A DNA stretch of 63,663 bases, filler included, from Octopus bimaculoides (Eukaryota): the NCBI RefSeq assembly GCF_001194135.2. It is 6 parts of 4 records of this genome, joined end to end, with 100 filler letters (N's around TTAATTAATTAA, not from the genome) between each part and the next. Parts side by side here need not be neighbours in the genome. Positions count along the whole stretch, not along the records: positions 23,339 to 48,604 come from NC_068985.1; 5 more parts are not named here. The stretch is one strand, 5' to 3'. The notes under the pieces are model-generated. The model was not told the DNA's origin and searched no databases. It saw nothing but the letters and a program-made list of their open reading frames with translations. A program made the translations under genes and the position numbers. Below, piece by piece: positions 26,841 to 37,800 of this stretch (position 1 is its first letter; the number at the start of each line of letters is the position of its first letter).

Positions 26841-27603
26841 TAGGTGCAGGCAGTGGCAGACTGGCCAGGTTGCTAGCTTGCCCGATGGGAAGTGGGCCCC
26901 TGCACCCATATATGAATCCATATATGGGGGCCCACGTTAGTATCTAAGGGGCCCATCTCCTCAAGTTTGAGAATTTTTTATTCACTCCTGCAAGAATGCA
27001 TTATTTCAGCCTGGCTGTGTTTGTAGACAGTTGAAAAGAATACTTTTAACAAAAAAAGAAAAATTAAATGATAGCATTGTAGTTGTGGGTGGGCCCCCTT
27101 GTAGTAGCAGGTGGGCCCCTTTAGTCTTCTGGCAACCAATACTTTTAGACCCAGTCCATCACTGGGTGGAAGCATGACTGTGTGGTAAGAAGCTTGCTTC
27201 CTGACCACATGGTTCAAAGTTCAGTCCCATTGTGTGGTACCTTGGGCAATTGACTTCTACTATAGCTTTGAGCTGAACAAAGTCTTCGTCTACCAAATCC
27301 AAAGGTGGATTTGGTAGATAGAGACTGAAATAAGCCCATCGTATATATGTGCGTGCGTGTGTGTGTGTGTGTGTGCATGTTTTTGTCTGTGTTTGTACCC
27401 CCATCACTGCTTGACAACTGGTGTTGGTGTGTTTACATCCCCATAACTCAGTAGTTTCGCAAAAGAGACTGATAGAATAAGTGCTAGGCTTTGAAGAAAT
27501 AAGTCTTGGGTCAATTTATTTGACTAAAACTCTTCAAAGCTGTGCTCCAGCATGGCCACAGTCAAATGACTGAAACAAGTAAAAGAATAAAAAAAATAAA
27601 AGA
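26841..27603 (+). mobile_element. Full-length tRNA-derived SINE with an internal (TA/TG)n microsatellite, its head split by a MITE
   Basis: Head TAGGTGCAGG|..CATGACTGTGTGGTAAGAAGC, internal microsatellite near 27340-27375, 3' half ending GTAAAAGAATAAAA. The same layout occurs at 38911-39300, 43783-44150 and 54206-54576 (all minus). Confidence 0.8.
26851..27164. mobile_element. hAT-type MITE nested in a SINE head
   Basis: TIRs CAGTGGCAGACTGG / CCAGTCCATCACTG. 8-bp flanks GGTGCAGG / GGTGGAAG (6/8 match). Confidence 0.75.
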
Positions 27604-27999
27604 ATTGTATGTTGGTGTTGTTGTTGTTTAACCCTAGGCTAGTTCTACTGAGCTGACTTCTAGTCAAAAGCATTCCTCTGCTGGCCATCCTGATTTCACT
27701 TCAACTTTTCAGTCATTGGACCACATTATCTAATGTGTCTTCCCTTATTATTTTTTCAGAGAGAAATGTGATGATTTTTAGGGAGATTTAGTTACTATTT
27801 CTAGCAGATAGTTTACTTCTGTTTCTCAGGCCTCTGTTGGATGGGGTTGATCATCCATTTGCATCTACACAGGCAGGTCTGCACAAGATTTTTTTGTGGA
27901 AGACTAGCAGTGTTTATGCCTCTCCTCTCCATGCCACTGATGATGTTTAAGAGAAGGCAAGGTAGGAGCCGATGTGGAATAACACCCGTCTCATCACAA

Positions 28000-28000
28000 G

Positions 28001-28033
<33 letters not shown>

Positions 28034-28460
28034 TTAACATACATTTTCCATGCTGGCATGGGTTAGATGGTTTCACTGGAACTGGTAAACTGGAGGATTG
28101 CACCAGGTTCCAGTCTGATTTTGGCTTGGTTTCTGTGGCTGGATGCCCTTCCTAATGCCAACCACTTCAAGGGTGTAATGGGTGCTTTTTACATGCCACT
28201 GGCACGGGTGCCATTTATATGACACCAGCAACAGCCATGACTATGATTTCACTCGGCTTGACAAGTCTTCTCAAGCACAGCATATCACCAAAGGTCTCAG
28301 TCACTTCTCATCACCTCCATGAGGCCTGACATTCAAAGATCATGCAACCAGCAACAGCCATGATTACAATTTCATGCATGCTAGTCATATGACACTGGCA
28401 ATGGCTACGCCTGTGGTTTCACTTGGCATGATGAGTCTTCTCAAGTATAGCATGTCAGAA
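28000..28460 (-). mobile_element. RTE-type 3' tail with internal repeats
   Basis: (CAT)n then TTTAAC..TTTTCCATGCTGGCATGGG..GGATGCCCTTCCTAATGCCAACCAC, the reverse complement of the 24228-24703 tail. Confidence 0.7.
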
Positions 28461-28504
28461 CACCAAGAGCCAGAACAAAAGGTGATTAGTCCACATCACT
28501 CTAT

Positions 28505-28735
28505 AAGGACCATAGGGCCAGTTTCCTGGTTTCTCTGAGCTGTATATATCCATCCCCTGTGGATGGGACGCTGGTTTGCTGCAGGATTACTCATTTTTTA
28601 ACAGCTGAGTAGACTGGAGCAGCGTGAAATGAAGTGTTTTACTCATGAATACAATGCATCACCTGGTCCAGGAATCGAAACCACAATCTTTCGATCAAGA
28701 GTCTAACATCCTAACCACTAAGCTATATGCTTCCA
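28505..28735 (-). mobile_element. tRNA-derived SINE (Meta/MESC-like)
   Basis: Homologous to 19110-19356. Confidence 0.65.
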
Positions 28736-28898
28736 CATATCAAAAGGTTAGCTCTACTCAGTAGCTTGACTGACATCAAGTTCCACATCTAACTTAATGA
28801 GTTGAGCTACTAACAGTAAAAATAGCATCAGTTCTATAAAACAGTTACTTCATGGAATGTAAATTCCTGATTTATTAAAAGCATTTCAGCCTCTAGAG

Positions 28899-29246
28899 CA
28901 GTGGTTCTCAACCAGGGTCCATATAGCCCCTGAAAGTTCATATAAGATTTTTGGGGGTCCACATAACAAAATAGTAAATTGGGGATCTACAATAGTATTT
29001 TAAGGGCCCCTGAAAAAACTTGCTTTAGATTTATGTATTGGTATGTTTCGCAAGAAACAGTTAAGTTTCTTTCTCTAATATTTTACATATCAACCTATAC
29101 AAGTTGATGTGTGAAAAACGAAATAAGAATTTTGAAAGAAGTTTCTATAAAGCTAGTTTTTAAACATTGAATGGTTATAGGGGTCCACCAGAATAAAATA
29201 GTAATCAAAGAGGTCCATAGATAAAAAAATAGTTTGAGAACCCCTG
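28899..29246. mobile_element. Charlie-like hAT MITE
   Basis: TIRs CAGTGGTTCTCAAC / GTTTGAGAACCCCTG. The left flank CTCTAGAG fits the NTCTAGAN Charlie target; the right flank is degenerate. Confidence 0.75.
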
Positions 29247-29990
29247 CTGTATCATAATTACCAAATGGCAATTCTCAGCTCCACATGAGAAGGGGAGATA
29301 ATTTTAAGATTCAAAAATTCTCCAAAACTGACATGTCATTCAGGAGAAGGACAGGCTTATTGTCTGGAGATAAGAGGACAGTCATAGTCATGTCTTTCTG
29401 GCTCAACAGCTATCATTAATATGACATCTGTCTGACCTTATTGCCAGTAATCAAGAAAGTTAGAATTATACAATAATGAGGCTGTAGGAATAACATCAAT
29501 TGTATGAAACAACTACTTCATGGATGAATGGTTCGCAATAGGAAAGGCAAAGTGTACAAACAAAACAATACAGACTCTCCAACTGCTAGAAATAGCTGCC
29601 AAGTGTCTCCTCAAATTATATCCAACCTTCTTGAAGAATGATAGTGCTGTGCAGGATAAACCATTCCTAAAAAGAAAACTGGATGATCATGGCTGGTATG
29701 CTTTTCATTGCAGGTTTTCCCAATAAAAGTTGACTTGGGGCTAAACAACAACAAAAATGATAACAAGAATACCACTACATGCTCATTCAGTCTGCTAGAA
29801 ATAGTAATCAAAGTCTTATGTGTGGAAGGACACATTGGACACTGAAGCTTTAGAGATACAAAAAGATAGGATGGAATCTGAGTGCTCTGTTGATATCTGC
29901 CTGGAGTTGATATCTGCCTGCAATCATATATCAACTCCATTAGGACTAATCTGGGTCTAAACAACAGCCATTGAAAAATAACTAACGAAA

Positions 29991-30025
<35 letters not shown>

Positions 30026-30856
30026 ACAATTAGATTCTTCATTGCCAGAGTAGATGGTGATGGAGAAGCTACAAAACAATATTTCTTGAGAATTTCTGTC
30101 TTCTCTCTGTAGCTGAACCAATAAAGAATATATAAAAAAAAAACAAACAAACAGTGCAATCAATAATGAAGACAACATTGGTTATAGATGACAAATGAAA
30201 TAAGAGAATCAAATAATCAAATAATGTAATCTACTTTAGAAAAATAGTTTTTTTCCCCTGGTGGTTGTTGATTGTGTTACAATGAGCCAGGAGTGAGAAC
30301 TCAGGTGTTTAGCAATTTCTTTATAACACTCACACTGCACTTCACAAATAGATAGCTTGGAAATTAACTTTTTCAACAAACAGATAATTAGTACTACTAA
30401 TTGATGCACTTGTAAGGTGTTAATGAATTGGTTTTAATTTTTGTTCCCATATGAGCATTCCAATAATCTGTAAACTATTATTCTTTTTTTTTTTTTTGCT
30501 AATTAATTTTCCACAAACGTTGTTTGAATTAGCAACTTAGTGTGTGATGATAGATAGCGCTTAACTAATTTTTCTAACCAAATCATTTTTAACAATAATA
30601 AGTTTATCACACACACATAAGAAAGTTCAGATTGTGTATGTGTATGTTTGTGTATACATACATACATACATACACATGTGTATGTTTATGTGTGTCTGCA
30701 TGTACGTCTGTATGCGGATAAGTAATTAAAGTACAATTGTTCATTTATGCAAAAGGTCTGTTAAAATAGGTATGTTAATCAGTTTGAGTCATTTGTTTCC
30801 TCCAATTAATTAGTATAAGAAGAAGCATAATACATAACGCATTTCAGGAAAGAGTA

Positions 30857-30894
30857 ACTGAGCTTTCAGACACACGAGCATCCATCTTCAGAGT
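30857..30894 (-). ncRNA. Minimal type I hammerhead ribozyme, weakened stems
   Basis: Minus strand ACT-CTGAAGA-T-GGAT(gctcgtgt)GTCT-GAAA-GCTC-AGT. Canonical core, palindromic AGCT in place of stem III, stem II with G:U pairs, 3-bp stem I. Confidence 0.5.
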
Positions 30895-31238
30895 AGGGAT
30901 ATTAAATTAAGGTTAAGGTCATTATTATATATTGCAGAGAAGCATCACAAAGCAAGAGATAATGTTCAAATGCAGGCATAAGAATAAATTTATTGCATCT
31001 ATCAATCAGCTAAAATAATAGTCAGAAATTAGGTTAGTAGTTGTAATGGTAGTAGTGGTGGTAGTGCAGATGGTAGTAGTGGTAAGAATAGTAGTACTGG
31101 GAGTAGTAGTAGCAGTGGTGGTGGTGGTGGTGGCGGTGGCAGTAATATAGTTGTAGTGGTAGTAGCCATTGTAGGGTTAGTGGTACTGGTATTATTATTA
31201 TTATTATTATCATTATTATTATTATTATTATTATTATT

Positions 31239-31601
31239 CAGTAGCCTTATTTTTATCATATCCTTTCACTCTACCACCGAGCACAGCTCTGTGTGCCTTG
31301 GGTATGTGCTGTGGTTTGTTGTGATGCTCTTATTTTTACTGTACTGAAAGTGTTTTATATAGGATATGTGCAGTGCCCAGTAGTGCTATTTTCTGTATGT
31401 TATATATACTTGTTAGTCCTGGTGTTTTTGTAATGTATTTGTCTGAATATTTTTTTTATCATACCTAAGGCACCTATTGTAATAGGAATTGTTTCTGTTT
31501 TTAGACTCTACATTCGAGTTACCTCTATTTCCAGATCTTTGTATTTTGAAAGTTTCTGTTTCTTTTAGAGAAACATTGTCATCTGTTGGTATTGATACAT
31601 C
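31239..31601 (-). mobile_element. R4/Dong-type LINE 3' end inserted in a (TAA)n tract
   Basis: DVSIPTDDNVSLKETE..SKYKDLEIEVTRM*SLKTETIPITIGALGMIKK..IQKIALLGTAHIL, then a 3' UTR ending in (TAA)n. Confidence 0.9.
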
Positions 31602-32089
31602 GAGAGGTATGTCCTCTGCTGGTAGTGCATCATGTCTACTGCCAGTCATTTCCAGTTGTGTTCTACCGGAATGCTTCCTCCCTCATGCACACCCAGAATG
31701 GGGTCAGTGGACTGGTACCTGTTCTGCTCCCAACTACTCTCTGCACACTGCCTGGTCATGTCAGAACTGGCTTGGAACAGGGTCCTGTCCACCACCATGT
31801 GATGCATGGTAAGCAGTCTCCTCAGCTCTGAGTCACTCAGCCATCATACTGTAGCAACTCCTTGCTCCAGATCCTCTGGCACCTGCAACCAGACTTGCTT
31901 TACTCTGGTCAGGATGTCTGCTCTATTCCTCTCAGAGGGCTCAAAAACCACACTCAGCCTCAGGGCAAACTCAGCAGCTAGCTCGCCCAGAATTCTCAAA
32001 CAGCATCTTATCAGCATCTCTGCGCCCTCTTTGGTTCACACCCTCCACTTGCCAGTGACCACTGATCTCACCCATTTAAGTACTGTGCT
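31602..32089 (-). mobile_element. Ty3/Gypsy pol fragment (end of RNase H, integrase zinc-finger region, start of integrase core), degenerate
   Basis: STVLKWVRSVVTG..VVFEPSERNRADILTRV, MHHMVVDRTLF..YQSTDP and NWK*LAVDMMHYQQRTYLSM. Confidence 0.7.
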
Positions 32090-32388
32090 TGTGGCTAAGT
32101 TTGAAACCATTATTATTATTATTCTTATTCTTCTTCTTATTATTTACTTTTAATCTGCATGTTTGTTACAATCACTTGCCAAGACACACACAACATCCTA
32201 AGGTGAGAGAAGGATAAAAGATATTACAGCATGACTGAAAGCTTGGGGAGAGGAAGTGGCAGGGGCAGTAGTGAAATATCTTCATATAATACAACACAGA
32301 CATTCAAATTGATAGAGTCTTTCTAAGGATGTGGGCAGTACTTGTCAGCATAATCTTTTGGATTTGGGGTTTCTTTTGGATTTTATTA

Positions 32389-32425
<37 letters not shown>

Positions 32426-32433
32426 TTTATTTT

Positions 32434-32873
32434 AAGGCAGCAATAGTTAGCCTGCTGGGTGAAATGCTTAGCGGCATTTCATCCATTTTTAGGTTCTGAG
32501 TTCAAATCCTGTTGAGGTTGACTTTGCCTTTCATCCTTTCAGGGTCAATAAATTAAGTACCAGTGAAACACTGGGGTCAATGTAATCGGCTTATCCCCTC
32601 CCCTAAAATTTCAGGCCATGTGCCTTTAGGAGAAAGGATTATTATTATTTTTATTATTATTATTATTAAGGCAGTGAGCTGGCAGAATTGTTAGCATGCT
32701 GGGAAAAATGCTTAGCAGTATTTTGTCTGCCTCTAGACTCTGAGTTCAAATTCTGCTGAGATCAACTTTGCTTTCCATTCTTTCGAGGTTGATAAACTAA
32801 GTACCAGTCAAGTACTGGGGTCGATGTAATTGATTATCCACAAATTCCAGGCCTTGTGCCTATAGTAGAAAGT
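32434..32873 (+). mobile_element. Two tandem (TTA)n-flanked SINEs (32434-32638 and 32668-32873)
   Basis: Each has an AAGGCAG..GAGTTCAAAT head, a GTACCAGT..ACTGGGGTC stem, and a (TTA)n tail. Confidence 0.85.
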
Positions 32874-33879
32874 ATTATTATTATTAATATTATTATTATT
32901 ATTGAGTGAGAGAGCAGTGCATGTCATCAAAGTGACACTGGAGTGCAAATATACGAAGCCATTATACCCATCAGGACTACCCGTCTGTTAAGGGTACATC
33001 AGGCACATGCATCATAACCATATGCATGCGACATGGTGATCTCATATCAAGATTAACAGCACATGACCTTGCAGGTGGGGCCCAGTTAGAATTTTCTTCA
33101 GGTTGAGTAACCCATCCTACTCAAAAGGTTCCTGAATAAGGGTTGTTTAAGGATGTTGAATGAAACACCCATGTTTCATGAGCTGAATTATTCAATCCCC
33201 AAAGAATTCCTCTCAACACATGGCTATAATGCTCTCCCACTACTTCTGCTCGTGATCAGAGATACACATATTTTCAGCCACCAAGGGACATGCTCAACTA
33301 GTAATGGTCAAGCAACTGACAAGCAAATCTGTGGTATTGAGCAGAATACTTGCTGTGGCCCATCTTTTATACCAAAGCAAAACTATGTACATGATAACAC
33401 TTCCAGTCAGTTAAGATCAGAAGCCATGAGAGCCATTGCCTGGTACTGCATCAGGGCAATTTTATCATCATCATCATCATCATCATCATCAATAATAGTA
33501 GTAGTTGCAGCAGCAGTGGTAGTAGTGATGGTGGTGGTGGCAGTGGTGGTTGGCAGTAGTAAGGGTGCAAAGGATGATAGAATGAATACCTTCTGACCCC
33601 AAAATAAGATATTTGTCTATGACCTTCTTCAAATCCTCCTCAGGTTGATTCTTGCTTTCCATCTTTCCTGGGTCCATAAAAATACTGGCATTAAGTATAG
33701 TCAACAATATTACTCAGATGACAGGGATTGGTTTGATGGAAATTTAGCTGCTACTTTTAGTAGGTTAAGCAACTACATAGAGGTTCTCTTGTTGCTCCAA
33801 TATTGGTTGCTGTTAAGGAAATGTATAGGTGGTGGGGGTGGGGTTTGTATATGTGAGTGATGTAAATGATCATTGCAGA

Positions 33880-34028
33880 ACCACCACCACCACCACCACC
33901 ACTGTCACCACCACTGTTGGTGCTTCTATGCAACTTCTGCTGTTGCTGCAGTCTCTGCTGCCTCTACCAAGTCCACTGCCTCTGCTGCTGCCGCCACCAC
34001 CACCGCGGTGGTGGTGGTGGTGCTGGTG

Positions 34029-34081
<53 letters not shown>

Positions 34082-34140
34082 GCCGCTGCCGCTGCCACCA
34101 CCACTACCACTACTACTACTACTACAAATGTTGCTGTTGT
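33880..34140. repeat. Compound trinucleotide repeat (CAC/CTG/GGT/CTA)
   Basis: Direct inspection. Contains the 24-bp perfect palindrome CCACCACCACCGCGGTGGTGGTGG at 33994-34017. Confidence 0.9.
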
Positions 34141-34500
34141 TGCAGTTTGTGTATCACAGCTCAAAGGTCTGCCTTTAAATTTTGTTTTTGTTAATTACAT
34201 TTGCCAATTGATTAACACAGATAAAAATTAATGAAAACAAAGAAAGGAAACAAGAAATTAACCAACAAGAAAAAAAATCAATAGAAAGAAACTAAAGTAA
34301 AGATACGGAGCAAGCAAACGTTATTAGTTTGTATCTGAGCAGTTTGTCTTGTGCTATGCTGTGTTTATGATATTATAGAAGAAAAGAAGTTTCAAATAAA
34401 CGATGATATTATTGAAGTACAAACTTAATGGACACGTAGGGGACCAAAATTAACATTTGTTGACATCTAGCATCAATGGACACACACACACAGACACACA

Positions 34501-34597
<97 letters not shown>

Positions 34598-35375
34598 GAA
34601 AAACACTTGCCGACACTTAGTATCAAATATTGAAACAAACAGACAAGGGAATCTGATACTTAAATAAACAAATGAATATTTTCAGAATGAGAAATTTAGA
34701 GAGAAAACTAAAATATTTTGTCTAGAATATTGGTGGTGGTGATGGTGGTGATGGTGGGGAACACATAAACATGAGTCTATATAATTGGTAACTGCAATTC
34801 TTAAAGAATAAATGAACTGGTAGAAAAGTAAATATTAGTTCTTTTCTTTAGTTTAATCAATCTTGTGCTGTAGGAACACACACACACGCGTACACACATC
34901 CATGCATGCATGGTGGCTGTCAACTTGAAGACAAGTATGACTCTCACTGACAAATTATCTTCTCCAAGATGTGAAAGACAATGGCTCACAGCAATGCTCA
35001 TGCTGAAATTTAAAATTAATTACAGCTTGAACAACAAGGCTAAGGCTCTAACCTACAATGCCAAGTAGTTCAGAATCAAGAAAGAGCCAGATCTCTGGTT
35101 TTGTAATAAGGTAGATGTTTATTTCGGAATTTCCTTCTCCAAGTGAGATATCTAAACAAAGACTAAGGGTCTTTCATTCCAAGCTGTTTTATGGCTGTTA
35201 CTGCAACAACGTTTATGCATCCATTGACAGGTTTTATTCTTTGTTCTGCAGGTTGCCCATTGAAACCACCCCTTCTTACCCAAGCAAAAAGGGAGAAAGG
35301 AAGTAGAATAGATGAAGGAGGAGCAGAAAGAGTTTGGAAAGATAATTAGTCCTGTATAACACCAGCGGTCTAATC

Positions 35376-35660
35376 CAGTGATTCCCACTGGTGGGGCCTG
35401 GGAAAATTATGGTGGAGGATGGGATCCAAATTTTTTTTCTTTCTTTTTAGTGGAACATGGAATTGTGAAATTTTTTTTTCTTAGTTGATAATGTACTTTT
35501 TTTTGTACTTAATAAAAGAGTTACCCATAGATTCTTTTCTATTAAATAATTGTGATAAAATATTAAAAATAAAGTTGTTTTTTTCCAATGACAAGTGGGG
35601 GGCTACATTTTTCTGGAAAGTTATAGTGGGATCTGGGAAAAATTAGGTTGGAAAATACTA
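35376..35660. mobile_element. hAT-type MITE
   Basis: Ends CAGTGATTCCCA / AGGTTGGAAAATACTA. 8-bp flanks GTCTAATC / GTTTAATT (6/8 match). Confidence 0.6.
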
Positions 35661-36460
35661 GTTTAATTCATCAACACAGACTGTATCTAGTACAGTTATC
35701 TAACATACATTAAATTGCTAAGTGATTAGTTTTGACACTTTTTTTATTTTGAAGTTTTTATGGAAATTCTAAGTCACTTCAGATGTAAACATGTTGCTTA
35801 CACATTGGAAGTTAAGTTTTCTTTTGAAATGAGATATTTAGATAAGTTCTTCCAATAAAACAATTAATTACACTCATTTACATGTGCATACATTCCTACA
35901 TGTACACCTAGCTAAAATATTCCATTCAAATAAACTGACCTTGCAGCTGGTTCACATACACATTCACACATAATTGTACATATATGTATATATACCTAAT
36001 ACTCACATCCTTGTGAGGCAATCCATTCATTTACACATGCACACAAACACACACATAAAATCCCCAAAAGGGAGATGACTCTATCTGATACAACCTAGAT
36101 TGGTAGATTAGACTGTCAGTGTGACATGGGACATTCCTCTACTTTGCTTCATTGTAACTGCCTACTTAGGGTTGTCCTCAAAGAGTGTATATCCTTTTTG
36201 ATGAGATTGAAAAAGCAATCAGCTTATTGCTTTTTGCAACGTTCAGTAGAGTTGTTTCCAACATGAGAAGTCATAGAAATTTTCCACTGTACATAGCAAT
36301 AATCCAGTAGATGTTGATATGGTAATGGCATGATGCAAGGTTGGTTTAATTGTAGCTAATAAGACAATTGTAAACTAAGCAATAAATGTAGTTTGCTCAA
36401 TCCATTTTTTGATACTTTTTAACACACACACACATACACACACACACACACATATATATA

Positions 36461-36627
36461 TGACAGGCTTCTTTCAGTTTCCGTCTACCAAATCCACTCA
36501 CAAGGCTTTTAGTTGGCCTGAGACTATAGCAGAAGACACTTGCCCAAGTTGCCACGCAGTGGGACTGAACCTGGAACCATGTGGTTGGTAAGCAAGCTAC
36601 TTACTACACAGCCAGTCCTGCACCTCT

Positions 36628-36686
<59 letters not shown>

Positions 36687-36856
36687 TACATATGTATAAG
36701 AGTGGCTCTGTGGTAAGAAGCTTACTCCCAACCACATGGTTCTGGGTTCAGTCCCACTGTGTGACACCTTGGGCAAGTGTCTTCTACTATAGCCTCGGGC
36801 CAACTAAAAGCCTTGTGAGTGGATTTGGTAGATGGAAACTGAAAAGAAGCCCATTG
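36461..36856. mobile_element. Head-to-head inverted pair of SINE 5' halves (36461-36625 minus, 36699-36856 plus)
   Basis: The two arms are near reverse complements, separated by about 70 bp of (TA)n(CA)n. Confidence 0.85.
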
Positions 36857-37561
36857 TGTATATGTGTGTGTGTGTGTATGCATGTATGTATATATACACA
36901 TACATATATATTAATAGACAGATAGATTTATAGATAGATAGATAGATAGGTAGAGTGACAGATATTTGTATATGTGTGTGTCTCCAACCCATGCCAAGTA
37001 TATAAAAGTGACACAAAATAATGATGAAGATGATGATGATGTTGAAGACAATAACGATGAAGGCAATGACGACGATGATGATATGATGATGAGGATGTTT
37101 TCCAAGGTCATGTGACAACATCTAATCTCATGCCTTTAACAAAGCTAGAAGCAAGCATTCCAATATTACACATAGGAATAACAAACAGATTGTACACTAG
37201 CGGAAATATGAAGCCATATTTGATTATTATCATTAATAAGTTGAAAACTAAACATGAATATTAAAAATATCCAGTGATATTCTATTGTAATTTCTCTTTG
37301 TTCCAATCATTAACTTTGTAATAATTATTTCTGTCATTTTCAAAGATGGCTGCAATCTTCTTCTTCCTTCCTTCTTTTCTCTCCCCACCTCCTTCTCTCT
37401 TAGTTTCTTGTATCAAACACACAAATCTAATTTATCACATATATTCACATACTATCAGTACTATGACAACCATTGTAGATCTTCTTCAGTGAAATACCTC
37501 TTTGGCTTCCACTCCTGTAATGATAATAACAAACAGATTATTATCATGAATATAGAATACA

Positions 37562-37708
37562 TAGGTGCAGGTGTGGCTGTTTGGGAAGAAGCTTACTTCC
37601 GAACTGCTTGGTTTCACATTCAGTCCCACTGTGGGCACCTTTTGCAAGTTCTTCTTCAAAGCATTGTGAATGAATTTGTTAGATGGAAACTGAAAGAATC
37701 CCATCATA

Positions 37709-37744
<36 letters not shown>

Positions 37745-37800
37745 CGTGTACATGTGTGTGTTTGTGCCTCCTTGTCTTGATATTATGTGATAGTTGTGAG
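37562..37800 (+). mobile_element. SINE 5' half, microsatellite and start of an alternative 3' body
   Basis: TAGGTGCAGGTGTGGCTGT head. After the (TG)n comes CTTGTCTTGATATTATGTGATAGTTGT, as at 45910 and 47120. Confidence 0.65.
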
